From assembly GCA_945889645.1 (NCBI GenBank), contig CAMDCA010000003.1:20739-84738 (forward strand): 64,000 bases of DNA. The letters run 5' to 3'. A program made the translations under genes and the position numbers. Of the stretch, positions 41,999 to 52,454 are shown piece after piece (position 1 is the first letter of the stretch; every line of letters begins with the position of its first letter). Source of the stretch: Rhizobium sp. Q54 (lineage in GTDB: Bacteria; Pseudomonadota; Alphaproteobacteria; UBA2966; CAIVPW01). The notes beneath the pieces are model-generated. The model was not told where the DNA came from and did not search any database. It saw nothing but the letters and a program-made list of their open reading frames with translations.

Positions 41999-43711
41999 GT
42001 GAACAACCCCTCGATGTCCGCCGTGCCGAATCGCATGCTTGTGCTGGTCGGCGGGCTGACCGCCATGATGCTGGCGATGCTGTCGTCAACCATTGTGTCG
42101 ACGGCGATGCCGCGCATCGCTACCGAACTCAACGACCTAGCACACCTGTCGTGGATCTTCACCGCCTACATGCTGACGTCCACGGTCACCGTGCCGGTCA
42201 TTGGCAAGCTGTCCGACATCTTCGGCCGCCGCGTCATCTACTTGGCGGCCATCGCGGGCTTTGTCGCGGCGTCGGCGGCCGCCGGATTCTCGCAGACCAT
42301 GTTCCAGTTGATCCTGTGCCGCGCCGTGCAGGGCGTCGCTGGCGGCGCGTTGATGGTCAACACCGCGGCCATGATCGGCGACATCTTTCCGCCGGCCGAA
42401 CGCGGCAAGTGGCAGGGCGTCACTGGTGCCGTGTTCGGGCTCGCCTCGGGCGCGGGTCCGTTGTTGCGCGGCTGGATCACCGACGCACTGAGCTGGCACT
42501 GGGTGTTCTGGGTCAACGTGCCGTTCGGCATTCTCGCCTTCGGCGTGATCCTGGGTACGTTGCCCAAGCTGCCGCCGCGCGCCACCAAGCCGACGATCGA
42601 CTACGCGGGCGCGGCACTTCTCGCGCTCGGCCTCACGCCGCTGTTGCTCTCCATGGTGTGGGGCGGCAGCACCTACCCGTGGGGATCGAGCATCATCTGG
42701 TCGCTGATCGCCGTCGGCGTCGTCGCTATCGCCCTGTTCCCGTGGACGGAAAGCCGCGCCAAGGAACCGGTTCTGCCGCTCGACCTGTTCCGCAACCGAG
42801 TCTTCACCATCTCGTCCGGCGTCACGATGTTGAGCTCGATGGGCATGTTCGGTGTCTTGCCGTTCATTCCGCTGTACGCCCAGGTAGTGGTCGGATTTTC
42901 CGCCACCAATTCGGGACTGGTACTGACCCCGATGATGGTCGGCGTCGTGCTGGCCAGCGCAATCGTCGGCCAGGTCGTGTCTCGCACCGGCAAGTACCGT
43001 GTGATGGCGATCCTCGGCATGTCGGTGGCTACACTCGGCATGTTCCTGTTCACGCGTGTGTCGATCGACACGGGCGCGAGCCAGCTGGTCACCGCCATGT
43101 TTGTAACCGGCCTGGGCCTTGGCGCCACCATGCCGATCTTTGGCGTCGTGGTGCAGAACGCCTTCGACCATTCGCGCCTCGGCGTGGTGACGGCCAGCAC
43201 CCAGTTGTTCCGCACCATCGGCGGCACGGTCGGCTCGGCGCTGTTCGGCGGCATCTTGAATGCGCGCATCGCCGACGGCCTGGCGCCGCTCGCCAACGAT
43301 CCGTTCCTGCAGCGCCTATCCGCGCTCCTGCCCGGCGCGGCCCGCGGTCCGCTCAACGCCAACGCCATTCAGGGCGTGCTCGGCACGCGTGGCCAGGAGG
43401 CTCTGTCGGCCGCCATTGCTCGGTTGCCGGCCGACATGCAGGCACAGGTGGTGCCGCAGATGCAGCACTTCCTGATGGAAGTGAAGATCGTCATCAACGA
43501 CGCGATCGGCTTCGTCTTTGTCGGCGGCGCCGTTCTGATGGCGCTCGCCACCATCGTAACGGTGTTCCTGCCGCAACTCGCGCTGCAGAAGACCAACCGC
43601 AGGCCGGCCGAAGAAGCGGGCATGGAGCTGGAAGCCGAACTCGGCCAACTCGATGCGGCCCGCGAGCCGGATCTCACCGGCAAGTGGCCCGCCGGAGCGA
43701 GACTCCGCTAA
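41999..43711 (+). CDS. MFS transporter, DHA2 (EmrB/QacA-like, 14-TM) drug efflux family
   Basis: GTG 41999 preceded by AAGGAGA. Motif GKLSDIFGRRVIYL. Divergent from marR. Confidence 0.85.
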   Translation: MNNPSMSAVPNRMLVLVGGLTAMMLAMLSSTIVSTAMPRIATELNDLAHLSWIFTAYMLTSTVTVPVIGKLSDIFGRRVIYLAAIAGFVAASAAAGFSQTMFQLILCRAVQGVAGGALMVNTAAMIGDIFPPAERGKWQGVTGAVFGLASGAGPLLRGWITDALSWHWVFWVNVPFGILAFGVILGTLPKLPPRATKPTIDYAGAALLALGLTPLLLSMVWGGSTYPWGSSIIWSLIAVGVVAIALFPWTESRAKEPVLPLDLFRNRVFTISSGVTMLSSMGMFGVLPFIPLYAQVVVGFSATNSGLVLTPMMVGVVLASAIVGQVVSRTGKYRVMAILGMSVATLGMFLFTRVSIDTGASQLVTAMFVTGLGLGATMPIFGVVVQNAFDHSRLGVVTASTQLFRTIGGTVGSALFGGILNARIADGLAPLANDPFLQRLSALLPGAARGPLNANAIQGVLGTRGQEALSAAIARLPADMQAQVVPQMQHFLMEVKIVINDAIGFVFVGGAVLMALATIVTVFLPQLALQKTNRRPAEEAGMELEAELGQLDAAREPDLTGKWPAGARLR

Positions 43712-43751
43712 CGCGGCATCATCCCTCTCCCCCGCACGGGGCGAGGGAGCG

Positions 43752-44543
43752 CTACAGCGTATCGACCGGCCCGCCGCCGATCTCGATCCACACCGGCGTG
43801 TGGTCGGACGCTTTCTCCTGGGCGCGGGGCTTCTTGTCGATATCACAGCCGACCAGCCGGTCGGCCATGGCGGGCGACAGCAGGAAGTGGTCGATGCGCA
43901 TACCGTCTCCCTTACGGAACGACCCGGCGCGATAATCCCAGTAGCTGTAGGCGCGCGCCTCGTCCGGATGGATGGCGCGGAACGCGTCGGTCAGGCCGAG
44001 GTAGACCAACTCGCGCCACGCCGCGCGGCTTTCGGGCCGGCACACGGCGTCCATGGCGTTGCCCACAGGGTTGAACACGTCGAGATCGGTCGGGGTGACG
44101 TTGAAGTCACCGCCGAGCACGAACGGCTCCTCGCTCTCCAACAGCTCGCGGGCGTGCAGCACCAGACGTTTCATCCACGCCAGCTTGTACGAGAACTTGT
44201 CCGTACCGACCGGATTGCCGTTCGGCAGGTAGATCGAGGCGACGCGGATGCCGTTGGTCTCCGCCTCGATGTAGCGGGCGTGCTCGTCCTCGTCGTCGCC
44301 GGGCAGGTCGCGCCGCACGTCGGCGATCGGGAACTTCGAGAGGATGGCGACGCCGTTGTAGGTCTTCTGGCCCAGGACGGCGGCGTTGTAGCCGAGGTCG
44401 CCGATCTCAAGATGCGGGAACGCGGCTTCCTCGGCCTTTAACTCCTGCAACATCACGACGTCGGGGTTTGCCTCACGCAGGTATTCCAGCACGTTGGGCA
44501 ACCGTGCCTTGATCGAATTGACGTTCCAGGTGACGAGCTTCAT
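43752..44543 (-). CDS. xthA: exodeoxyribonuclease III
   Basis: C-terminal 263 aa of ORF 43752..44978(-) from ATG 44543 (MKLVTWNVNSIKARL..). EEP-family motifs (..LQELK.., ..GDFNV.., ..SDHTPV..). Confidence 0.9.
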   Translation of the reverse strand: MKLVTWNVNSIKARLPNVLEYLREANPDVVMLQELKAEEAAFPHLEIGDLGYNAAVLGQKTYNGVAILSKFPIADVRRDLPGDDEDEHARYIEAETNGIRVASIYLPNGNPVGTDKFSYKLAWMKRLVLHARELLESEEPFVLGGDFNVTPTDLDVFNPVGNAMDAVCRPESRAAWRELVYLGLTDAFRAIHPDEARAYSYWDYRAGSFRKGDGMRIDHFLLSPAMADRLVGCDIDKKPRAQEKASDHTPVWIEIGGGPVDTL

Positions 44544-45778
44544 GTGGCGGCCACTCGGTTGGCCCGTGCTCCGGCCCACACCAGCCATAGGATGGCCAGG
44601 AAGGTCAGCAAGACGAATGGCGCCACGATCAGGTTCAGGGCCGCCCAACCGAGCGCGTTGAGCAGCGAACCGGAGAAGAACGTCGCCACGGTCACGGTGC
44701 CGAAGATGACGAAGTCGTTGGCCGCCTGCACCTTGGCCTTCTCGGCCGGCAGGTAGGTCGAGGTGAGCAGGGTGGTGCCGCCGACGTAGAGGAAGTTCCA
44801 GGCCAACCCAAGCAGGAACAGGCCGATCCAGAAGCGCGACACGTCGGTGCCCGACAAGTTCACGGCAATGCAGCCGGCGAACAGCAGGCTGCCGATCAGC
44901 AGGATGCGGGCGGCGCCGAAGCGCGCGATTAGCGTCCCGGTGAAGAATGACGGCGCGAACATCGCCAGCACGTGCCACTGGATGACGAAGGCCGCCGATT
45001 CAAACGAATGGTGGTGCGCCGCCATGGCCAGCGGCGTCACGGTCATGACGAACGCCATGCCGGCGTAGCCGACGACGGCCGCACCCAACGCGATCAAGAA
45101 CGCCGGATTGTGCGCAATGACGCCGAGTGGCCGGGTCGCTTCCGCGCGCTCGGTCGCCGTGGGCAGCGGAATGCGAATAAACTGCAGCACCACGAAGGCA
45201 ACGATCGCTACGACCACCAGCATCGCGAACGATCCCGCGAAGTGGGCTTGGGGCAGCAAGTCCTGGGTACGCTTGGCCAGTTCCGGGCCGAGCAGCGCGG
45301 CGATGACGCCTCCGGCCAGGGTGAACGAGATGGCGCGGCTCTTCCATTCCGGCACCGAGCCGTCGATGGCGGCGAAGCGATAGAACTGCCCGAACCCGCC
45401 GTTGACACCCGACAACGCGGCGCCGGCGCAGAAGAGCCAGAACGACTGCTGCAGAACGCCCAGGGTTGCCACGGCGGTGCCGGCGATCCCGAAGGCGGCG
45501 CCGATGGTGAACCCAGCCCGCCGTCCGAGCCGCTGCATGAAGAGCGACGCGGGGAACAGGGTCAGCATGATAACCAGTTGCTGCAGGGCGATCGGCAAGG
45601 TGACGAGCCACGGGTGGCTGGCGAGCGCACTGCCGATCAGCGCCGCCTCGGTGATCATGGTGGACATGACCATCGTGAACAGGCCCTGGGCGATCGCCAG
45701 CACCAGCACGTTGCGGCGCGAGGTGGCTAGATCGAGGCCAGCGGAGGGGCCGGGGGAGGGGAGGGCGGCCGTGGTCAT
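44540..45778 (-). CDS. MFS transporter (12 TM)
   Basis: 412 aa polytopic protein. 4-nt overlap with xthA start. Confidence 0.8.
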   Translation of the reverse strand: MTTAALPSPGPSAGLDLATSRRNVLVLAIAQGLFTMVMSTMITEAALIGSALASHPWLVTLPIALQQLVIMLTLFPASLFMQRLGRRAGFTIGAAFGIAGTAVATLGVLQQSFWLFCAGAALSGVNGGFGQFYRFAAIDGSVPEWKSRAISFTLAGGVIAALLGPELAKRTQDLLPQAHFAGSFAMLVVVAIVAFVVLQFIRIPLPTATERAEATRPLGVIAHNPAFLIALGAAVVGYAGMAFVMTVTPLAMAAHHHSFESAAFVIQWHVLAMFAPSFFTGTLIARFGAARILLIGSLLFAGCIAVNLSGTDVSRFWIGLFLLGLAWNFLYVGGTTLLTSTYLPAEKAKVQAANDFVIFGTVTVATFFSGSLLNALGWAALNLIVAPFVLLTFLAILWLVWAGARANRVAAT

Positions 45779-45844
45779 GGGAGACTCAGACGAAAAAGGC
45801 CCGGGCGAGACCGGGCCTTTGATTGGATGGGTCGCGACCCGGTT

Positions 45845-46183
45845 CTAGATCGCGAACGATGCACCGCAGCTACAGGACGAGGTCGCGTTCGGATTGCCGA
45901 TGGTGAACTGCGAGCCAATCATCTTCTCGACGAAGTCGATGCGCGAGCCCGCCAGGTACATCAGCGACATCGGGTCGATGGCGACGCGGGCGCCGTCCTT
46001 CTCGATGATCTCGTCTTCCTTGGCGATCTTGTCGTCGAGGACGAAGTCGTACTGGAAGCCGGAGCAGCCGCCGCCTTTGACCTGAACCCGCAGGGCGGTC
46101 TTGGCCGCATCCTTGCTCATCAAGAAGGCGATCCGCTTGGCGGCGCTTTCGGTCAGGCTGACAGGGGGTTCGCGTGTGCGCAT
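45845..46183 (-). CDS. erpA: iron-sulfur cluster insertion protein (HesB/IscA/ErpA family)
   Basis: 112 aa from ATG 46183. Conserved Cys: ..GGGCSGFQY.. and C-terminal ..SCSCGASF... Confidence 0.85.
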   Translation of the reverse strand: MRTREPPVSLTESAAKRIAFLMSKDAAKTALRVQVKGGGCSGFQYDFVLDDKIAKEDEIIEKDGARVAIDPMSLMYLAGSRIDFVEKMIGSQFTIGNPNATSSCSCGASFAI

Positions 46184-46356
46184 CGGGCCTCCGGGGCCAC
46201 AGCTCTCTTTGGGACGCGCAAAGCGCGTACCGGTCCGCCCATCGAATGTAGGTCCTGTAGCCTCGGTGTCAATCGGCCAGGTCACGGGTCCGTCGGCAAA
46301 GGCTTGAACAGGCTGGCGATTGCGGTGGGGCGGAGGGGAGACTAGGTTCCCGGCCA

Positions 46357-47580
46357 ATGTCCAGGCCGCGGATGACTCCCGAGGCGGGGCCGGCGCCCTA
46401 TGCCAGCCGGCCTGAGCACAGTCGCGGCCGCCTGCACGCCGAGCCGCCAAGCACCAGCCGCACCGAATTCCAGCGCGACCGCGATCGCATCATCCACGCG
46501 ACGGCCTTCCGGCGCCTGCAACATAAGACGCAGGTGTTCGTCTACAACGTCGGCGACCACTACCGCACGCGCCTGACCCACTCGCTCGAAGTGGCACAGA
46601 TCGCGCGCTCCGCAGCGCGGGCGCTGGGCTTCGACGAGGACCTCGCCGAAGCGGTTGCGCTGGCCCACGACCTTGGCCATCCGCCGTTCGGTCACGCCGG
46701 CGAGGACGCCCTCAACAAGGCGATGAAGGACTGGGGCGGCTTCGACCACAACGCGCAGGCGCTGCGCATCGTCACCAAGCTGGAGCGCAAGTACGCCACC
46801 TTCGACGGCCTCAACCTGTCGTGGGAGGCGCTCGAAGGCATGGTGAAGCACAACGGGCCGTTGACCGGACCGGAGAGCCGCCAAGCCCTTCAAGGGACGA
46901 GTGGGCCGCTGCCGGCCGCAATCGTCGCCTATGCCCAGACCCACGACTTGGAACTCGGCACCTTTGCCGGGCCCGAGGCGCAGATCGCGGCGCTGGCGGA
47001 CGACACGGCGTACATCAACCACGACCTCGATGACGGGGTACGGGCAGGGTTGTTCGACGTCACCAAGCTGCGCGACGTCGCCCTGGTTGGGCCGATTCTG
47101 GCCGAGGTCACGCGGCAGTACCCCAACCTTGTGGCCGGACGGCTGATGCACGAGGCGGTGCGCCGGCTGATCGACCGCATGGTCGGCGACATGGTGGCCG
47201 AGACGCGGCGTCAGGCGGCGGAGGCCAAACCGCAATCGGCGGCCGAGGTGCGGGCCCTGGACCACCCGCTGGTAGCGTTCTCAGCCCCCATGGCGGCAGA
47301 GGTGAAGAGTCTGCGCGCCTTCCTGTATGACAACATGTATCGGCACGACCGGGTCAGTTCAGACGCGGCGGCCGGAGCCAAGGTCGTCGGCGAACTGTTC
47401 CGGCGCTATGTCGCCGAGTCGGCGACGATGCCGCCCGAATGGCGCCCGCGCGCCGACATGCCGGCGACCGAGCGCGCCCGCCTTGTGGCGGATTTCATCG
47501 CCGGAATGACAGACCGCTTTGCCGTCTTGGAGCATCAGCGGGTCTACAACTCGTCAGGACGCAGGCTCGAGACTCAATGA
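46357..47580 (+). CDS. dgt: dGTP triphosphohydrolase-like HD-domain phosphohydrolase
   Basis: HD motif ..[30 protein letters not shown]... Stop overlaps argS ATG (ATGA). Confidence 0.85.
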   Translation: MSRPRMTPEAGPAPYASRPEHSRGRLHAEPPSTSRTEFQRDRDRIIHATAFRRLQHKTQVFVYNVGDHYRTRLTHSLEVAQIARSAARALGFDEDLAEAVALAHDLGHPPFGHAGEDALNKAMKDWGGFDHNAQALRIVTKLERKYATFDGLNLSWEALEGMVKHNGPLTGPESRQALQGTSGPLPAAIVAYAQTHDLELGTFAGPEAQIAALADDTAYINHDLDDGVRAGLFDVTKLRDVALVGPILAEVTRQYPNLVAGRLMHEAVRRLIDRMVGDMVAETRRQAAEAKPQSAAEVRALDHPLVAFSAPMAAEVKSLRAFLYDNMYRHDRVSSDAAAGAKVVGELFRRYVAESATMPPEWRPRADMPATERARLVADFIAGMTDRFAVLEHQRVYNSSGRRLETQ

Positions 47581-49334
47581 ACTATTTCAAACTGTTGCTC
47601 GACCGCATCAAGGCGGAGCTTGAATCTTTGCAGGCAGCCGGGGCGCTCCCTTCGGGCCTCGACTTCAAGGCCGTCTCGCTCGATCCGCCCAAGGACCCCA
47701 GGCACGGCGACGTCGCCACCAACGCCGCCATGGTGCTGGCCGGTCCGGCCAAGATGAAGCCGCGCGACATCGCTACTGCGCTGGCGGCCAGGCTGACCGG
47801 CTACGACGACACCGACGCCGCCGAGGTGGCAGGCCCTGGGTTCATCAACCTGCGCCTGAAGCCGTCGTTCTGGACGGCGCGCCTGAGCGAGGCGTTGCGG
47901 GCCGGGGACGCGTACGGCCATTCCGACGTCGGCAATGCGAAGGGCCCGGTCAACGTCGAGTACGTGTCGGCCAATCCCACCGGGCCGATGCACGTCGGTC
48001 ACGCGCGCGGCGCGGTGTTCGGCGACGCCTTGGCATCGCTGCTGGAGTTCACCGGCCATGACGTAACGCGCGAGTACTACATCAACGACGCCGGCGCCCA
48101 GGTGGACGTGCTGGCCCGGTCAGCGTACATGCGCTACCGCGAGGCGCTTGGCGATTCGATCGGTGAGATTCCCTCCGGCCTTTACCCCGGCGAGTACCTG
48201 AGGGACGTCGGCGAAGGGCTGGTCGAGCTCTACAAGAACCGCTTCCACAACGCACCCGAATCGGAGTGGCTGCAGCCGTTCCGTGAATTCGCCATCGCCG
48301 AGATGATGGGCGAGATCCGCGACGATCTCGAACTCCTCGGCGTGCGCCATGGAGTCTTCACGTCAGAGCGTGCCCTGGTGAAGGAGGGCAAGGTGGACGT
48401 TGCGCTTGGCGACCTGCGTGCCAAAGGCCTCGTCTATCAAGGCGTACTGGACCCTCCTAAGGGCAAGGAGCCCGAGGACTGGGAGCCGCGCGAGCAGATG
48501 CTGTTCCGCGCCACCCAGTTCGGCGACGACACCGACCGCCCGGTGCAGAAGTCGGACGGCTCGTGGACCTACTTCGCCACCGACATCGCCTACCATGCCG
48601 ACAAGGTACGGCGTGGCTTCCGGACACTGATCGACGTCTGGGGCGCCGATCACGGCGGCTATGTGAAGCGCGTTGAGGCGGCGGTGCGCGCCGTTTCCGG
48701 CGGCAAGGCCGAACTCGACGTGAAGCTGTGCCAGTTGGTGAAGCTCATGGAGCGGGGCGAGCCGGTGAAGATGTCCAAGCGCGCGGGCACGTTCGTGACG
48801 CTCAAGGACGTCGTCGACCGGGTCGGCAAGGACGTCGTCCGCTTCATCATGCTGACGCGGCGCAACGACGCCCAGCTTGACTTCGACTTTGCGGTGGTGA
48901 CGGAAGAGTCGCGCGAAAACCCCGTCTTCTACGTTCAGTACGCACACGCCCGTTGTCACTCGGTGATGCGCAACGCCGCCAAAGAGACGTCAGGCATCGA
49001 CATTTCGCCGGAATCACTTGCGCAAGCAGAGCTGTCGCGCTTGACCCACCCGGATGAGCTTGCTTTGATGCGGGCAATCGCGAGCTGGCCGCGCTCGGTT
49101 GAGGCGGCTGCTGAGGCACACGAGCCACACCGCATCGCCTTCTGGCTCCGCGAACTTGCGGCGACGTTCCACACCCTGTGGAACCGCGGCAAGGAGGAGG
49201 AAGCCCTGCGCTTTCTGGTCGATGCCGACCCCACGCTTACACGCGCCCGCTTGGCTCTGGTGCGGGCCTGCGCCCTAGGACTTTCCGTTGGACTGAAGAT
49301 CATCGGTGTCACTCCGGTTGAGGAGCTTCGCTGA
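47577..49334 (+). CDS. argS: arginyl-tRNA synthetase
   Basis: ORF 47439..49334 trimmed to ATG 47577 ([12 protein letters not shown]..). HIGH-like [13 protein letters not shown]. 585 aa. Confidence 0.95.
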   Translation: MNYFKLLLDRIKAELESLQAAGALPSGLDFKAVSLDPPKDPRHGDVATNAAMVLAGPAKMKPRDIATALAARLTGYDDTDAAEVAGPGFINLRLKPSFWTARLSEALRAGDAYGHSDVGNAKGPVNVEYVSANPTGPMHVGHARGAVFGDALASLLEFTGHDVTREYYINDAGAQVDVLARSAYMRYREALGDSIGEIPSGLYPGEYLRDVGEGLVELYKNRFHNAPESEWLQPFREFAIAEMMGEIRDDLELLGVRHGVFTSERALVKEGKVDVALGDLRAKGLVYQGVLDPPKGKEPEDWEPREQMLFRATQFGDDTDRPVQKSDGSWTYFATDIAYHADKVRRGFRTLIDVWGADHGGYVKRVEAAVRAVSGGKAELDVKLCQLVKLMERGEPVKMSKRAGTFVTLKDVVDRVGKDVVRFIMLTRRNDAQLDFDFAVVTEESRENPVFYVQYAHARCHSVMRNAAKETSGIDISPESLAQAELSRLTHPDELALMRAIASWPRSVEAAAEAHEPHRIAFWLRELAATFHTLWNRGKEEEALRFLVDADPTLTRARLALVRACALGLSVGLKIIGVTPVEELR

Positions 49335-50273
49335 ATGAGTGCGCTATCGCCTGTTCCGCTGCGTGACGACCTCGACCCGCCGCCCGAATACTTGCGCCAG
49401 GGCCCTGCGACCGTGCCGGCACCGCCGACCGAAGCGCGCAGCAATTGGGGCAGGGCAGGGATCATCCTCTCGCTGGTGACGCTGTCAGCCTTTGGGGGGG
49501 GCGTGTGGTTCGCCTACCAACAGGGCGTGCGCGAGGGACAGACCCTGGCGCCGCCGCTGGTGCGCGCCGACACCTCGCCGACGCGCATCGTTCCGGTCGA
49601 GCCGGGCGGCATGGTGGTCGCCAACCAGGACAAGCGCGTGTTCGACACCATGGCGCCGGCCGACCTTGGACCGCGGGTGGAACAGCTGCTGCCGCCGCCG
49701 GAGACTCCGATGGCGCCGCCGATCGCTGAGCCGCGCGTCGTTGCGCCGCTGACTCCTCTGCCACCGACTAGGGTCGCCACGGCCGCGCCGGTGGCGGATG
49801 TCGTTCCGACTCCCGTTCCCGATGCTCCGGTCGTCGCGCTGACGCCGCGCGCCGAAGCACCCAACGGTGTTCCGGTGCCGCCGCGTGCGGCCGTGCCGGA
49901 GGCGGCCCCAGCGGACGGCCGTCCTTTGGCGCTATTGCCACCGGCTGCGACGCCGGCGCCCGCCGCAGTTGCGCCGCGCCCCGCGACCACCACCGCAACC
50001 GCGACGCCATTAACTGCGGCCGCAGGCGGCACCTTCCGCATTCAGCTTGGGTCGTACGGTGACGCCAAGGCGGCGATGGATAACTGGGACGTCCTCAAGC
50101 GCAAGTACGCGACGATCCTCACCGGGATGCAGCCGACGGTCATTGCGGCGACGGTGCAGGGTCGCACCTATCACCGCCTGCAGGCCGGGCCGCTCGGCAC
50201 TGTCGCAGCGGCCAATGACATGTGCGCCCGCGTGAAGGCCGGTGGAACGGACTGCTTGGTGGTCCGGCCGTAG
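49335..50273 (+). CDS. SPOR-domain protein (Pro-rich, membrane-anchored)
   Basis: TM helix IILSLVTLSAFGGGVWFAY, long Pro/Ala linker, C-terminal SPOR fold (FRIQLGSYGDAKAAMDNW..YHRLQAGPLG..). Conserved downstream of argS. Confidence 0.75.
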   Translation: MSALSPVPLRDDLDPPPEYLRQGPATVPAPPTEARSNWGRAGIILSLVTLSAFGGGVWFAYQQGVREGQTLAPPLVRADTSPTRIVPVEPGGMVVANQDKRVFDTMAPADLGPRVEQLLPPPETPMAPPIAEPRVVAPLTPLPPTRVATAAPVADVVPTPVPDAPVVALTPRAEAPNGVPVPPRAAVPEAAPADGRPLALLPPAATPAPAAVAPRPATTTATATPLTAAAGGTFRIQLGSYGDAKAAMDNWDVLKRKYATILTGMQPTVIAATVQGRTYHRLQAGPLGTVAAANDMCARVKAGGTDCLVVRP

Positions 50274-50282
50274 CGCCGTCGG

Positions 50283-50585
50283 ATGGCGGCGGCCAAGAAG
50301 CCGGCAATGAAGGTCGCGCCCACGGTCGATGCCTACATCGCGGGATTTCCCGCCGATGTGCCGTTGGCACTGTCCAGGTGCGCCAAGCGATCCGAGCCGC
50401 AGCGCCCGCCGCATATCGGTCTCTATCCGATGCTGCGCGGTTCCGCCGCTGATGAGAAGAAGCTCGCCCCGTACCGCGCTGCCAAAGCCACGGCTCGGCT
50501 GCCGCTTGGCACACCGATCCCGGTTGGCGTCGTGAAGAAGATCGTCGCGGTGCGCTTGAAGGAACGTCGTACCGCGGCGACATAA
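50283..50585 (+). CDS. DUF1801 (YdhG-like) protein, apparently internally shortened
   Basis: N-term ..TVDAYIAGFPADV.. and C-term ..HIGLYPM..LPLGTPIPVGVVKKIVAVRLKE match DUF1801. About 30 residues of the usual middle are absent. Confidence 0.45.
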   Translation: MAAAKKPAMKVAPTVDAYIAGFPADVPLALSRCAKRSEPQRPPHIGLYPMLRGSAADEKKLAPYRAAKATARLPLGTPIPVGVVKKIVAVRLKERRTAAT

Positions 50586-50933
50586 GAAGGGCGCCGAAGG
50601 CCCTCTGCCTGCGCAAGGTCACTCGATGAATTCCGGTTCAGCGCGATTTCCAGCGTTCCGGCGCGTGGCCGCGCGGCGGATATCGCGTGGTGCCGGACGC
50701 CGCCGATGTTGCTGATTGCCAGCCGGGACGATACGACCGTAATACCGGGCAACACGAGGCGCTTGGCGGCACGGATCCGCGAGCGCGGCGGGGTGGTCGA
50801 GGAGCGCTACCATGACCGCCTCGGCCTTGTCGGCCTCCTGGCCGCGCTGGCGTCGCCGCTGCTGCCGCTCAGGTCCGTACTCGACGAGATCGACACCTTC
50901 CTGCGCCGGCAGGCCGCCGGCGGCGCTCCCTGA
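50586..50933 (+). pseudogene. C-terminal remnant of an alpha/beta hydrolase
   Basis: ..PMLLIASRDDTTVIPGNTRRLAARIRERGGVVEERYHDRLGL.. resembles the C-terminus of alpha/beta hydrolases (..DDxxVP..His). In-frame upstream sequence to the stop at 50583 is not hydrolase-like. Confidence 0.45.
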
Positions 50934-50945
50934 GGTCTAACAAAG

Positions 50946-51623
50946 ATGGATTTCCTGCAAGCGCTGTCGGTGTGGGCCTTGCCCGCGCTGTTCGCCATCA
51001 CGTTGCACGAGGCCGCGCACGGCTATGCCGCGCTGCGCTTTGGCGACGACACGGCGCTGCGGGCCGGGCGCATCTCGCTCAACCCGCTGCGCCACATCGA
51101 CCTGATGGGAACGCTGATTCTGCCGGCTATCCTGCTGCTGGTTTCGGGCGGGCGGATCATGTTCGGCTTCGCCAAGCCGGTACCGGTAGACTTCAGCCGC
51201 CTGCGCAACCCAAAGCGCGACATGGTCTGGGTGGCCCTGGCGGGGCCGGGCTCGAACCTGGCCATGGCGGTCATTGCGGCCATCGGACTGCATTTCTCCG
51301 GCGGCCTCGACGGCAACGCGGGCCTGTGGCTCGAGGCCAACCTGCACAACGCGATCTTCATCAATGCCTTGCTGGCCGTGTTCAACATGATCCCGATCCC
51401 GCCGCTCGACGGCGGCCGGGTGGCGGTGGGCCTATTGCCGCGGCGAGCGGCGATCACCTTGTCGCGCATCGAGCCGGCGGGCATCTTCATCGTGCTGATC
51501 GGGCTGTTTCTGCTGCCCCAAGTCGGCATCGACCCGTTCGGCGCGATCGTTTTGCCGGGTGCTGAATACCTGATAAGGTTCGTGGCGCTGGTGACCGGCC
51601 ACAGCATGGCCGATCTCGTCTGA
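50946..51623 (+). CDS. site-2 protease family (M50) zinc metalloprotease
   Basis: HExxH motif LHEAAHGYAA in TM helix, downstream ..NAIFINALLAVFNMIPIPPLDGGR... 225 aa. Confidence 0.8.
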   Translation: MDFLQALSVWALPALFAITLHEAAHGYAALRFGDDTALRAGRISLNPLRHIDLMGTLILPAILLLVSGGRIMFGFAKPVPVDFSRLRNPKRDMVWVALAGPGSNLAMAVIAAIGLHFSGGLDGNAGLWLEANLHNAIFINALLAVFNMIPIPPLDGGRVAVGLLPRRAAITLSRIEPAGIFIVLIGLFLLPQVGIDPFGAIVLPGAEYLIRFVALVTGHSMADLV

Positions 51624-51662
51624 TTCCTCAGGTTTCTGAGGCAGTTACCCCGGGGCATTACC

Positions 51663-52454
51663 GTGACGGTTGAGATAGCTGAGACACCGGGGGGCGCCCC
51701 AGGGCACCAGATGCCCCTGGTCCTCGACCTGGAGGGCTACGAAGGCCCGCTCGACGTCCTGCTCGCGTTGGCGCGGACCCAAAAGGTCGATCTCGCCAAG
51801 ATCTCGATCCTCAAGCTTGCCGACCAGTACCTCGCGTTCATCACCGAGGCACGCAAGCTTTCGTTGGAGATCGCCGCCGACTACCTGGTGATGGCGGCGT
51901 GGCTTGCGTATCTAAAGTCGCGCCTACTGCTGCCCGAGCCGGAGGCCGACGACGAACTATCTGGCCCCGAACTCGCCGCCAGCCTGGCGTGGCGGCTGCA
52001 GCGCCTGGAGTCGATGCGCGAGGCCGCCGGCGAGCTGATGCAGCGCGACCGCCTGGGCCGCGACGTGTTCAGCCGCGGCATGCCCGAAGGCGTGCGCTCG
52101 ATCCGCCATCCCACCTGGGAATGCTCGATGTTCGAGCTTCTCGATGCCTATGCGACCATCTCGCGCCCCGCGGCGCCGCAGGTTCTGCGCGCCGGGCGCT
52201 TCGATCCTTACACCATCCGCGACGCCATGGAACGCATGGGACGCCTGCTCGGCGTGTCCGGCAACTGGGAGCGCATCGAAGCGTTCCTGCCCGGCGACAT
52301 GACCAGCAGTCTGTCGATGCGCTCGGCCATGGCCTCGACCTTCGCCGCCAGCCTGGAATTGACCAAGCAGGGCCGTTTGCGCCTGCGCCAGGATCAACCC
52401 TTCGGACCCATCTTCGTGCGGGCACAGGGCCCCACTGACTCAACGGAATCATGA
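51663..52454 (+). CDS. scpA: segregation and condensation protein A
   Basis: GTG start. ..LEGYEGPLDVLLALARTQKVDLAKISILKLADQYLAF... Confidence 0.85.
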   Translation: MTVEIAETPGGAPGHQMPLVLDLEGYEGPLDVLLALARTQKVDLAKISILKLADQYLAFITEARKLSLEIAADYLVMAAWLAYLKSRLLLPEPEADDELSGPELAASLAWRLQRLESMREAAGELMQRDRLGRDVFSRGMPEGVRSIRHPTWECSMFELLDAYATISRPAAPQVLRAGRFDPYTIRDAMERMGRLLGVSGNWERIEAFLPGDMTSSLSMRSAMASTFAASLELTKQGRLRLRQDQPFGPIFVRAQGPTDSTES

